DNA of 64,000 nt from Geminicoccaceae bacterium. GTDB taxonomy: Bacteria > Pseudomonadota > Alphaproteobacteria > Geminicoccales > Geminicoccaceae. A program made the position numbers and the translations under genes. The first letter of the stretch is position 1. Every line of letters starts with the position of its first letter. The DNA lies in the NCBI GenBank assembly GCA_028279345.1, contig JANQNY010000045.1, positions 3,569 through 67,568 of the forward strand, in the 5' to 3' direction. Positions 53,701-61,651 of the stretch are shown here, in pieces. The notes beneath the pieces are model-generated. The model had not been told where the DNA came from, searched no databases, and saw only the letters and a program-made list of their open reading frames with translations.

Positions 53701-54142
53701 GGTCGGAGAAGACGCAGCGGAGCTCGGTGAGCCAATCCTTGAAGGTGCCGTCGGGCAGCTTGGGGAGGAGGGCGGCGATGGCCAGACCGTCGGCAGCGTC
53801 GGCATAGAGATCGTCGACGCCGAGCTGGCACTGGCCCTTGGGGGCGCGGCGGCGACCCTTGGAGATGAGCTTGGCGAGGCGGGCATAGGCCGGGCGGTCG
53901 ATCGGCCAGGCGAGCAGCGAGCGGCCGCAGGTGAAGTCGAGCCGCACGCCGGGAAGAAAGCGCAAGCCCGTATCCTTGGCGGTGACGTGCGCACGGACGA
54001 GGCCGGCAAAGCTGTTCCGGTCGGTGACGGCGAGCGCTTCGAGGCCCAGCTCGGCCGCGCGCAGCACCAGCTCCTCAGGGTGCGACCCGCCCTCGAGGAA
54101 GGTGAAGTTGGTGGTGACCTGAAGCTCGGCGTAGGCGGACAT
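50756..54142 (-). CDS. dnaE2: error-prone DNA polymerase (DnaE2 / ImuC)
   Basis: PHP domain (YAELQVTTNFTFLEGGSHPEEL) and Pol III alpha core (GSAANSAVCYCLGVT, PDIDVDFEH, GVFQIESRAQM). It lies downstream of imuA-imuB. Confidence 0.95.
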   Translation of the reverse strand: MSAYAELQVTTNFTFLEGGSHPEELVLRAAELGLEALAVTDRNSFAGLVRAHVTAKDTGLRFLPGVRLDFTCGRSLLAWPIDRPAYARLAKLISKGRRRAPKGQCQLGVDDLYADAADGLAIAALLPKLPDGTFKDWLTELRCVFSDRAHVAASPRFDGRDRARFARLQDLANKTECRLLATGDVLYHTALRRPLQDVLTCIREHVTLDQAGSRLQPNAERHLKSALDMARLFQDHPDALQAGLDIVARCTFSLDELAYDYPVPESYAGLTPQQELERRTWAGAAERYPEGLSEQVEAQLRHELELIGSLDYAPYFLTVDDVVRFARSEEILCQGRGSAANSAVCYCLGVTAVDPAHLDLLFERFVSTARNEPPDIDVDFEHERREEVIQHIYETYGREHAGLAATVIRYRARSAIREVGKTLGLSLDAVDALARTVWGWSTEGLDPAKLRDSGLDMQDETIRMAIELAKQLIGFPRHLSQHVGGFVIAKSRLDELVPIENAAMDKRTVVEWDKDDLDALKMLKIDVLALGMLTCIRRAFDLLHEHKRITPSLFWIPDDDPLTYAMISNADTIGVFQIESRAQMQMLPRLRPQTFYDLVIEVAIVRPGPIQGDMVHPYLRRRNGEEPVTFPSDALKQVLGKTMGVPIFQEQAMKIAIVAAGFTPAEADELRRSMASFRKNGKLEQFHKKLVDGMVERGYDAAFAERCFQQIKGFGYYGFPESHAASFAHLVYVSAWLKCHHPDVFAAALLNAQPMGFYGPAQIVRDARNHAVEVRPVDVNWSFWDNSLEPRPVHVAGPRHALRLGFRQVKGLRQDAIERLIKARETTGDFADVQDLQRRATLDLATLERLAEADAMGSLNLVRRQALWAVRALKDQPLPLFDQAELAAPAGSNRPPLHPEPHVELPPMPLGEAVVEDYTWLRLSLKAHPCEVLRPLLAQEGWRTCGAIQEAEDCAPFRTAGLVLIRQRPGSAKGVVFSTLEDETGIVNLVVWPKLLDRYRPIVMAARLLACEGQVQRTGQVIHLVARRLIDLTDKLALLTDDPDAAYEAVDKAIPPSDEVKRPATDQRAGKGHRGKTAADPRLVRTFERAAARADAVKKPSPDARSDRRLAEKPQRAQEAMPKGRNFR

Positions 54143-54154
54143 GGGAGCGGACGA

Positions 54155-54568
54155 TCAACCGCCGAGCGAGACGACGCGGGCGTCGAAGCGCGTACCTGCG
54201 ACGGACGCCCGCAAGCGCCTGTCGTCGGTGACGAGCGAGGCATCGGCTGCCTCGGCAAGCGCCAGATAAACGCAGTCGTAAATCGGATGATCGAGCTCAA
54301 GCATGATGGGCACGGCCTCGTCGATGAGGTCGTGCGTCCGCACGAGTACCGGCACGCCATGTTTGAGACAACGCATCGTGTCGTCGAGATCGATCCGGTC
54401 GATCTCGCCGCGACGCAGCTTCTTCCAGAGCGCGTTCGTGACTTCGAGGATGAGGAGATCAGGCGCCAGCAAGTCGGAAGCATGATCGATGAGCCATAAC
54501 GCATCGTCCGTCCGCTCCTCTTGAACGAACCACTTCAAGACGACGCTTGCGTCGAGAACGATGGTCAA
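54155..54568 (-). CDS. vapC: PIN-domain toxin (VapC family)
   Basis: IVLDASVVLKW (Asp), EVTNAL (Glu), IYDCVYLALAE and LVTDD acidic residues. The TTG start overlaps the vapB stop (TTGA). Confidence 0.85.
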   Translation of the reverse strand: MTIVLDASVVLKWFVQEERTDDALWLIDHASDLLAPDLLILEVTNALWKKLRRGEIDRIDLDDTMRCLKHGVPVLVRTHDLIDEAVPIMLELDHPIYDCVYLALAEAADASLVTDDRRLRASVAGTRFDARVVSLGG

Positions 54569-54798
54569 CGATCGCGATCCTCGCGGATCAAGAGTGTGCT
54601 GTTCGTCTGTGTACGGCGGGCAGTACGGGTACGGATATCGGCTGCTGCTGCTTTGAACGCCCCGATGTCCACGGGACGAACTGCGTTGGTCACAATGTCT
54701 CTCAGCTCCGCCTCGAGGGAACGATGATGGTGCCGTGCTCGGTTCCGAAGGCGCTCGATGACATCATCGTCGAGATTGCGGATGGTGACGTTACCCAT
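54565..54798 (-). CDS. vapB: antitoxin, FitA/Arc-like ribbon-helix-helix (VapB family)
   Basis: MGNVTIRNLDDDVIERLRNRARHHHRSLEAELRDIV is the classic plasmid-stability antitoxin N-terminus. GGAG lies upstream. An alternative start is at 54825. Confidence 0.8.
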   Translation of the reverse strand: MGNVTIRNLDDDVIERLRNRARHHHRSLEAELRDIVTNAVRPVDIGAFKAAAADIRTRTARRTQTNSTLLIREDRDR

Positions 54799-54848
54799 GG
54801 CCGAGGCTCCGAACGGAACAGTCATGATGATAGCATAATGCAAGCATG

Positions 54849-56369
54849 TCAGGCGAACAGACCGTCCAGGGTCCAGCGTGGCGGGGCGCCGGTGCCGAAG
54901 GCGCCTTCTCGGCGGACCCAGAGGCGGCGACCGTCTGCCAGGTCGAGGCGGTAGTAGTCGCGCGGCTGGCCTTCGGGGTCGCGCCACCATTCGGGCTCGA
55001 TCCGTTCGGGGCCTTCGGCAGCGACGACATCGGCGAGCCCGCCGCCGAAACGTAGCCGTCGCGGCGCGCCGTCGGGGACCGCGGCGACGACGCCGATCGG
55101 TCGTGGCTCTTCCAGGAGACGCAGCGGGCGTGGCCCCCGCGTCGGCCAGGGCGCCGGCGAGGGGGCGTCGAGCGCCGGGACGAGCCGAATGGTGCGCTCG
55201 GGCCAATGGCTGTCGTTGGCGCGCAAGCGGCGGACACGGTCGATGCCCAGCCGCTGGGTGAGGCGTTCGGTGAGCCGCGCCTCGGCTTCGCTTCTGGCTT
55301 CGCCACCGCTGCCACCATCGGAATGGAGCTGGCGGGCGCCGAGCTGCTCGGTTCGGGTCGCCGCGAGCCGCAAACATTCGATGCCGAAGCCGAGGTCGAG
55401 CCCGTCTAGATCGTCGCGAAAGAGGCGAAAGAGCGCCTTGGGTTCGCGGTTTGCACAGGCTGTTCGGACCTGAAGGCGATGCAGCGCGCCGTCGAGGCGT
55501 GCCAAGTCGAGCTGCAGCACACGGGCGCCGAGCTGGGCGTGCTCGAGCACGCGGCAGAGGCTTGCGAGTGCTTCGCCGAGTGCTGCTTCGATACCCTCGG
55601 TCGTACCCAGAGGCTCGGCCCAGGCAAGGCGCACGGCGTGGCACGAAGGTGCCGCGAGCGCGGTGAACGGCACCTCCATGCGACCCATGAGCTGATGTAG
55701 CCGTTGGACGGGAACGGCGCCGAACCGGGTCGTCAGGGTACTGTGCGGGACAGCTTCGAGATCGCGCACACGCTTGAAGCCCAGTCGCACGAGCCCTTGC
55801 GCGGTAGCGGGCTCGAGCCTCAGGGCGGTGATGGGCAGGTTCAGCATGGCGGTCTCGGTGCGCGTGCCGGCGAGCACGCCACCCGTACCGAAGCGTGCCC
55901 AGGCCCAGGCGGCGGCAGGATTGGCAGCGCTCGCCGCACGCATCGCGAAGCCCAAGGGCGCGAGGCGTGTTTCGAGATCGGCCATGAGATTCGCCTCGCC
56001 GCCCGCGAGATGTGCGCAGCCGGTGATATCGAGCAGCACGCCGTCGTCGCCGTCGGTGGCAGTCCAAGGGGTATAGCGACCGCACCAGAGTGCTAGTGCC
56101 TCGAGGGCTTGGGCATCACGCTTGGGATCGGCGTCGGCCACGGCGAGCCCGGGGCAGATGGCGCGGGCATCGGCGAGGCCCAGACCGCAGTGCAGCTTGG
56201 TCGCCGCGGCCTCTCGGGTGAGCGCGTAGAGCCGGGGGCCGCTCGCCTCCATACGCAGCAGCGCGAAGGGCTTTCCCGCGTGATCGGGTTCACCCGTGCG
56301 CCGCAGCTGCAGCCGAAAACGATCCGTGGGCCAGGTCGGCAACCAGATCGAAACGTAGCGTCGGCTCAT
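54849..56369 (-). CDS. imuB: Y-family polymerase-like protein ImuB
   Basis: MSRRYVSIWLPTWPTDRF N-terminus is typical of ImuB, and the gene lies between imuA and dnaE2. I used the ATG at 56369. Confidence 0.9.
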   Translation of the reverse strand: MSRRYVSIWLPTWPTDRFRLQLRRTGEPDHAGKPFALLRMEASGPRLYALTREAAATKLHCGLGLADARAICPGLAVADADPKRDAQALEALALWCGRYTPWTATDGDDGVLLDITGCAHLAGGEANLMADLETRLAPLGFAMRAASAANPAAAWAWARFGTGGVLAGTRTETAMLNLPITALRLEPATAQGLVRLGFKRVRDLEAVPHSTLTTRFGAVPVQRLHQLMGRMEVPFTALAAPSCHAVRLAWAEPLGTTEGIEAALGEALASLCRVLEHAQLGARVLQLDLARLDGALHRLQVRTACANREPKALFRLFRDDLDGLDLGFGIECLRLAATRTEQLGARQLHSDGGSGGEARSEAEARLTERLTQRLGIDRVRRLRANDSHWPERTIRLVPALDAPSPAPWPTRGPRPLRLLEEPRPIGVVAAVPDGAPRRLRFGGGLADVVAAEGPERIEPEWWRDPEGQPRDYYRLDLADGRRLWVRREGAFGTGAPPRWTLDGLFA

Positions 56370-57054
56370 CGAAGACCACCTCGAAACGGCGCGGAACAGC
56401 GCCCTTGGCGCGCCAGAGTTCGGCACTCCAGGTGAGCGGACCAAGCTCGCCGGGCCAGCGGGAGAGGGACGGTGCGGGTCGGACCCGCCAGCGGGTGACG
56501 GCAGCGCTGGGCTCGAGCAACGTGGCTGCCGGCCTGAGCAGCAGCCCGACGCCACCACCGGTTTCGGCGGCGAGGTGCAGCCGGCGGCTCCTGAAGAGGT
56601 CGAGCCGCTCCACCTCGCCGACGACGGCGGTGACCGCGGTCGAACGCAGCGCCTCTTCCATGGCCCAGAGGACCTGCGCGTCGTTCGCGCCGTCGACGAG
56701 GAGAATGCGGTCGGGATCGAGACCGAACGCCATGAGCCCCGGGCCGTGGAGCATGCCCTCGTCACGGCGCCGCCGGCGGTGCTGGCACCAGACAACGAGA
56801 CCAGGCCGGACCCGGGCAACGCGCCCGGCGAGTGCTGCCGTAAAGCCCGCAGCACCGCGCCCACCAACCTCGTGTATGGCTTGGAGCCGCAGACCGCCGC
56901 CGGGAAGTGCGCGATCGAGGGCCACGGCGCCCAGCTCTGCTACGGTGGCGCATGTTCTGCTGCAGCGTCCGCCAAGCCGGGCCATGGCGGCCCGCAAGGC
57001 CAGAAGATCGGCGGTAGGATCGGACGCAGCCGACAGCAGGCATACGTCGTTCAT
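56290..57054 (-). CDS. imuA: RecA/SulA-like SOS mutagenesis protein ImuA
   Basis: LPGGGLRLQAIHEV...VVWC...LHGPGLMAFGLDPDRILLV is typical of ImuA. It is the first gene after the LexA boxes. Its 3' end overlaps imuB by 80 nt. Confidence 0.85.
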   Translation of the reverse strand: MNDVCLLSAASDPTADLLALRAAMARLGGRCSRTCATVAELGAVALDRALPGGGLRLQAIHEVGGRGAAGFTAALAGRVARVRPGLVVWCQHRRRRRDEGMLHGPGLMAFGLDPDRILLVDGANDAQVLWAMEEALRSTAVTAVVGEVERLDLFRSRRLHLAAETGGGVGLLLRPAATLLEPSAAVTRWRVRPAPSLSRWPGELGPLTWSAELWRAKGAVPRRFEVVFDEPTLRFDLVADLAHGSFSAAAAAHG

Positions 57055-57096
57055 GGCACGCACCACCGCTCCTCAAGCTTGAGACGGATCATCTTT

Positions 57097-57111
57097 GTTC
57101 TTGAAATGTTC
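57097..57111. promoter_or_regulatory. alphaproteobacterial LexA (SOS) box GTTC-N7-GTTC
   Basis: Read directly as GTTCttgaaatGTTC, 43 nt upstream of the imuA ATG, within an AT-rich promoter-like stretch. Confidence 0.8.
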
Positions 57112-57142
57112 TATAACCGTTTTGATGTCTGTCAAGCAGATA

Positions 57143-57157
57143 GAACAAAAATAGAAC
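57143..57157. promoter_or_regulatory. second LexA (SOS) box, GAAC-N7-GAAC (opposite orientation)
   Basis: Read directly as GAACaaaaataGAAC, 89 nt upstream of the imuA ATG. Confidence 0.75.
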
Positions 57158-57468
57158 ATGCCCGGCAGCCAGGGGGCCACGCGCCCTGGCGCGGTGCGCA
57201 TACCAGGATGAGCGCTGGGCCTCGTAACGCTTGCAAATCCTATCAAAACCTTTGATTTAGAAACCCGCGGTATACGCCGTAAACGCAACTGCGTCCGACC
57301 CGTCGTTGGCCCACGGACTGTTCGCTCTCTCGGGAGCGCTGTCCATGTAGCGTCATCTCGGTGGACGCTCGATCAGGTTACCGATGGCCGTGTCGTCGCA
57401 CGTCGGCGGGCCGCAGTGACGCATGGTCGTTGATCGCAATCGCGCGGCTCTCGCGCCTGGCCTGGAGT

Positions 57469-58302
57469 GTGGCCTTGGAAAAGATCCAGCAAGCGATAGA
57501 GCGCGCACGCCAGCAGCGGGCGACTGTGATGGCCGGCCCCGGCCGCGCTGCCGCATCGACGATGAAGCCCAGCGCTCCCCCTGCCTCATTGGAGGCCGTA
57601 CGGCACCGTTTCCAGAGCGTGACGCTCGATCCGACGCATCTCCGCCAAACCCGCGTGGTCGCTGCCGATCTGGAGGACGCGCGGGCCGACATCTTCCGCA
57701 GCCTGCGCACGCAGATCGTTCTGCGACTGGAGACCCTCGGCGGCCGCAGCGTGGCGATCCTCAGTGCCCGTGACGGGGAAGGCAAGACCCTCGTCGCGAC
57801 CAATCTCGCCTTCAGCCTCGCTCGGCGGGCCGAAGGCCCAGTCTTCTTGGTCGACATGGATTTCCGGCGGCCATCCGTGTGCAAGACCCTCGGCATCGAG
57901 GCCGCCCATAGCGTGTCCGACTATGTGGAGGGAAGCGCCGACCTCGAGGAGGTCGTCGTCAACGTCGAGAACAGCAACTTGTATGTCCTTCCGCAGATGC
58001 GGCCGATGGTGCGCGCTTCGGAGCTCATCGCCTCCACGCGTGCCCGCGATCTCGTGCGCGAGCTCGTCGGCCAGACTACCGGCGGCTATGTCGTGGTCGA
58101 CTGTCCGCCCTTGCTGCTGACCGACGAGCCGCTCGCCGTCCAGACCTTTGTCGACAGCTGCATGCTGGTGGTGGAGCAGCGTCGCACCCGCCGCGAGGAC
58201 GTGCAGCGGGCGGCAGAGCTGCTCGATGAGACCAAGTACATTGGTTGTGTTATGAACCACGCCGACAGCGTTTCCGATTACATGACCTATGGCTATCGCT
58301 GA
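57469..58302 (+). CDS. MinD/ParA-type ATPase resembling exopolysaccharide/PEP-CTERM-locus tyrosine autokinase (CpsD/CapB-like, no Tyr-rich tail)
   Basis: Walker A ARDGEGKTLVATNLA, A' FLVDMDFRRP and Walker B VVVDCPPLL. The N-terminal LEKIQQAIERAR is like that family. The start is uncertain (GTG 57469 or TTG 57475). Confidence 0.7.
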   Translation: MALEKIQQAIERARQQRATVMAGPGRAAASTMKPSAPPASLEAVRHRFQSVTLDPTHLRQTRVVAADLEDARADIFRSLRTQIVLRLETLGGRSVAILSARDGEGKTLVATNLAFSLARRAEGPVFLVDMDFRRPSVCKTLGIEAAHSVSDYVEGSADLEEVVVNVENSNLYVLPQMRPMVRASELIASTRARDLVRELVGQTTGGYVVVDCPPLLLTDEPLAVQTFVDSCMLVVEQRRTRREDVQRAAELLDETKYIGCVMNHADSVSDYMTYGYR

Positions 58303-58332
58303 GCACAGGGTCGCCGAAGCGAGGTAACGAGC

Positions 58333-59241
58333 GTGTACGAGGCTCATTTCGGACTACAAGAGAAGCCCTTCTCGCTCCTGCCAGATCCGCGCTTCCTGTA
58401 TGCTGGCCGCACCCACGCGATGGCCATGCACATGCTCGAATACGGCCTCGCCGAGCAGACGGGCTATGTCGTCCTCACGGGTGAGGTCGGCACCGGCAAG
58501 ACGACGCTGCTTCGGCATCTGCTGCACTCCGTCGACGCCAACGTGCTGGTCGGTCTCGTGACCAACACCCACGAATCTTTCGGCGAGCTGATGAAGTGGA
58601 TCATGCTCGCCTTCGATCTCGACTTCGTCGGCGGTGATGCGGTTCAGCAGCATCAGGTCTTCACGGATTTCCTCATCGAACGCTATGCGCGCGGTCAACG
58701 TGTCGTGCTCATCGTCGACGAGGCGCAGAATTTAGGTCGCGACGCTCTCGAGCAGTTGCGGATGCTCTCCAATATCAACGCTGAGGCAGACCATCTGCTG
58801 CAATTGATCCTAGTAGGCCAACCCGAGCTGCGTAGAACGCTGCAGCAGAGTGATTTGCGCCAATTCGTTCAGCGTATTTCCATCGACTATCATCTGAAGT
58901 CACTCGATCTCGAAGATACCCGTGCCTACATCGAACATCGCCTGGCTACTGCTGGTGCTGGCCCGGCCCTGTTCGATGATGCGGCGATCGGTGCTGTCCA
59001 CTATTTCTCGCGTGGCCTGCCGCGGCTGATCAACTCGCTGTGCGACTTGGCATTGGTTTATGCCTTCGCAGAAGACCGGCAGGATGTTGATTTCGACATC
59101 GTGTTCAACGTGATCGAAACGAGGGTGCAGGACGGTCTCTCCACCTTCCGCCCGTTGCCCGAAGCGTCGTCGCGAGCGATCTCCCGCGAGCTCATCCTCC
59201 AAGGCGTCGACGAGGACCCAGCGAACGTGACCGCCAACTGA
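58333..59241 (+). CDS. ExeA/GspA-like AAA ATPase (PEP-CTERM-locus secretion ATPase-like)
   Basis: FGLQEKPFSLLPDPRFLY..., Walker A GEVGTGKTTL, Walker B VLIVDEAQNL and LILVGQPEL. Confidence 0.8.
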   Translation: MYEAHFGLQEKPFSLLPDPRFLYAGRTHAMAMHMLEYGLAEQTGYVVLTGEVGTGKTTLLRHLLHSVDANVLVGLVTNTHESFGELMKWIMLAFDLDFVGGDAVQQHQVFTDFLIERYARGQRVVLIVDEAQNLGRDALEQLRMLSNINAEADHLLQLILVGQPELRRTLQQSDLRQFVQRISIDYHLKSLDLEDTRAYIEHRLATAGAGPALFDDAAIGAVHYFSRGLPRLINSLCDLALVYAFAEDRQDVDFDIVFNVIETRVQDGLSTFRPLPEASSRAISRELILQGVDEDPANVTAN

Positions 59242-59325
59242 GCGGGCGGCGCTGCGCAGCCGGGTGGGCGGACGCGGCTCTAGCCGCTCTCCAACGCATC
59301 GCTCTGCATGGTCGCTCGGCGGCCA

Positions 59326-59817
59326 TCACACGTGAGCGCGGTCCGCCAAGCGCTCGAAAGGCGCGCCGAACAGCGCATGTGCGCAGACGGGCTCCTCGAT
59401 GGCACCGATGCTGCGGTACATGGCCCGGGCTCTCTCGTTCCAGGGTTTGGATATCCACCAGAGAAAGATGGCACCCCGTTCGCGGGCATTGACGGCGACG
59501 GCAGCGAGCAAGGCGCGCGCGATCCCGCGGCCGCGCGCTGCCTTGGTGACGAAGAGATCCGGCACGTAGAAGCCACGGGCGGCGAACGTCGATTCGTACG
59601 CGGGGTGAAAGGTGGCATAGCCGACCGCAGCGCCACCCTCCTCGGCGAGCAGCGTCTCCAACCAAGCATTGTCGCCAACGAGATCCGCTCTTGCACTGGC
59701 GGCCGTCATCTCCTGCACCGGCTCGCGTAGCTCGCTGTTCAGCGCGTTGACCAACGCCGCCAGGCTCTCTGCATCGCGCGCTTCCGGCCGGCGGATGCGT
59801 AGCGCCTCGTTGCTCAC
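59326..59817 (-). CDS. GNAT family N-acetyltransferase
   Basis: Motif A VTKAARGRGIARALLAAV. I chose the GTG at 59817, immediately after the upstream gene's stop. Confidence 0.8.
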   Translation of the reverse strand: MSNEALRIRRPEARDAESLAALVNALNSELREPVQEMTAASARADLVGDNAWLETLLAEEGGAAVGYATFHPAYESTFAARGFYVPDLFVTKAARGRGIARALLAAVAVNARERGAIFLWWISKPWNERARAMYRSIGAIEEPVCAHALFGAPFERLADRAHV

Positions 59818-59818
59818 G

Positions 59819-61048
59819 TCAGCCTTCGGCGGTGGCACTCGCGACGACGCCGGAATCGTGCAGTCGCGCGACATCGTGCTCAGGCAGGCCGAGCACGTCG
59901 AGGAGGATCTCTTCCGTGTTTTCGCCGAGCCTTGGGGCTCGGCGCACCGGCACGGCTTCCGCGTCGCCGAAATACAACGGCGAGCCTGGCATCAGATACC
60001 GTCCGATTTCTGGCTGTTGGACCGTCTCGAACAGCGGGTTGGCCGTCGAGCAATCGGGGTCGAGCTCGATCATCTCACGGATCGTGCGGTAGGGCGCCCA
60101 GGTGACGCCGGCCTCGTCGAGCCGGGCCCGCACCTCGGCGAGCATGCGCGTCGCGAACCACGGCTCGAAGATGCGCGAGATCTCGCGGCGCGCACGGAAG
60201 CGGTTGCCTTCGTCGGAGAAGTCGAGCTTGAGCCGCTGCTCGAGCGCCTCGATCTGGTCGGCGAGCTCGGTCGCCTTGAGGAGCGACTGCCACTGCCCTT
60301 TGCTCAGGCCCACGACCATGACCTGCTTGCCGTCGAGCGTGGCGAAGTCGCGGCCGAACGCGCCATAGAGATAGTTGCCGTCGCGTGGCCGATCGGTGTC
60401 GTTGACCATGACCTCGGCGATCATGCCCAGATGCGAGACCATCGCGAGCGCCACGTCCTTGAGCGCCAGCTTGACCAGCTGGCCCTGGCCGGTGATCCGC
60501 CGATGGCGCTCGGCGGCGAGCAGGCCGACGCAGGACATTTGTCCCGCAATGCAGTCCCAAGCTGGCAGCAGGTGATTGACGGGTCGCGGAAAGACGTTGG
60601 GGCCCGTCATGTTGGGCAGGCCGACCTGCGGGTTCACCGTGTAGTCGACCTCTGAGGTGCCATCTGCGCGGCCGGTGAGGTTGACCATGATGAGGTCGGA
60701 CCGCTGCTCTTTCAGCCGTTCGTAGCTGAGCCAGCCCTTAGCCGGGAAATTGGTCGAGAAGATGCCGGTATTCTCGCCCGGCGCGGTGATCAGGTTGGTG
60801 AGCAGCTCTTGCCCTTCTCGATTGCGAAGATCGACGGCGATCGACCGCTTGCCCTTGTTGAGGCCCGCCCAGAAGAGGCTGTGCTTGCCGTCGAGGGTGA
60901 CCGGCCAGCGCGTGTAGTCGAGCCCGCCGCCGATCTGATCGAAGCGAATCACGTCCGCACCCATTTGCGCCAGTGTCATGCCGCCGGACGGCATCGCGAC
61001 AAAGGCCGAGCCCTCAATCACGCGTAGCCCGCTGAGAATTCCTTGCAT
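59819..61048 (-). CDS. family III CoA-transferase (CaiB/BaiF)
   Basis: LSGLRVIEGSAFVAMPSGGMTLAQMGADVIRFD..., WAGLNKGKRSIAVDLR... are typical of CoA-transferase III. Confidence 0.85.
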   Translation of the reverse strand: MQGILSGLRVIEGSAFVAMPSGGMTLAQMGADVIRFDQIGGGLDYTRWPVTLDGKHSLFWAGLNKGKRSIAVDLRNREGQELLTNLITAPGENTGIFSTNFPAKGWLSYERLKEQRSDLIMVNLTGRADGTSEVDYTVNPQVGLPNMTGPNVFPRPVNHLLPAWDCIAGQMSCVGLLAAERHRRITGQGQLVKLALKDVALAMVSHLGMIAEVMVNDTDRPRDGNYLYGAFGRDFATLDGKQVMVVGLSKGQWQSLLKATELADQIEALEQRLKLDFSDEGNRFRARREISRIFEPWFATRMLAEVRARLDEAGVTWAPYRTIREMIELDPDCSTANPLFETVQQPEIGRYLMPGSPLYFGDAEAVPVRRAPRLGENTEEILLDVLGLPEHDVARLHDSGVVASATAEG

Positions 61049-61211
61049 CGCCTCTCTTTCGCCAGCGCCCGCGGGTCGCGCTTCTAAGGAATGTCCCGGG
61101 TCCGAGCACATTGCCGTGCGCCGCGTCGCGCTTCAACGTCAGTTTTTGCCGAACGGATGTGTGTGCCCGCGACCTACGGGCAGCCAGCCCGGCTGGGACC
61201 AGCGTCGTTGT

Positions 61212-61649
61212 TCACCCGGGGCGTCGCCGTGGAGGACCGGTCTCGGGCGACGGTTCCGCGTTCTCGTTGTCGGGAAGGATCTCCGCACGCTCAAGGCAGT
61301 CCAGCACCCACACGTCGAAACGCGCGTGCTCCAGCGCCGAAAGCGCCGGGCTGGACGCGAACATCCAGCCCCGGAAGGCCTCTTCCGGCGCACTCTGCGG
61401 CGGCACGTCGTCGATCTCGAGATAGACTGCGCTCTCCGGCGAATCGGTCGGCGGTGCCTCGTAGCATGCGCGCGGGGTGATCAGCAGGCTCCCGAACGTC
61501 ATCGTGTCGCCGACGACGATGTCGAACGTCGAGACCCGCGCCGTTTGCTTGTCGAGCCCCTGGAGCCGCGCGATGTCGCGTGGGAGGTCCACGTCGGCCC
61601 AAGCCGACGGCGCCAGCAAGGTGAGGAGGGCAACGAAAGATGCGCGCAC
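61212..61649 (-). CDS. DUF2155 domain periplasmic protein
   Basis: Signal peptide, then LQGLDKQTARVSTFDIVVGDTMTFGSLLITPRACYEAPPTD..AVYLEIDD, the DUF2155 pattern. Confidence 0.7.
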   Translation of the reverse strand: MRASFVALLTLLAPSAWADVDLPRDIARLQGLDKQTARVSTFDIVVGDTMTFGSLLITPRACYEAPPTDSPESAVYLEIDDVPPQSAPEEAFRGWMFASSPALSALEHARFDVWVLDCLERAEILPDNENAEPSPETGPPRRRPG

Positions 61650-61651
61650 GT

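Noticed and set aside
53237-54499. 420-aa plus-strand ORF opposite dnaE2 and vapC.
   Set aside because: It is antisense to conserved genes and has no motifs.
54565-56085. 506-aa Arg-rich minus-strand ORF overlapping imuB out of frame.
   Set aside because: Only the last 78 codons (vapB, 54565-54798) look like a real protein. The rest is an extreme Arg/Pro/Ala translation of the imuB region in the wrong frame.
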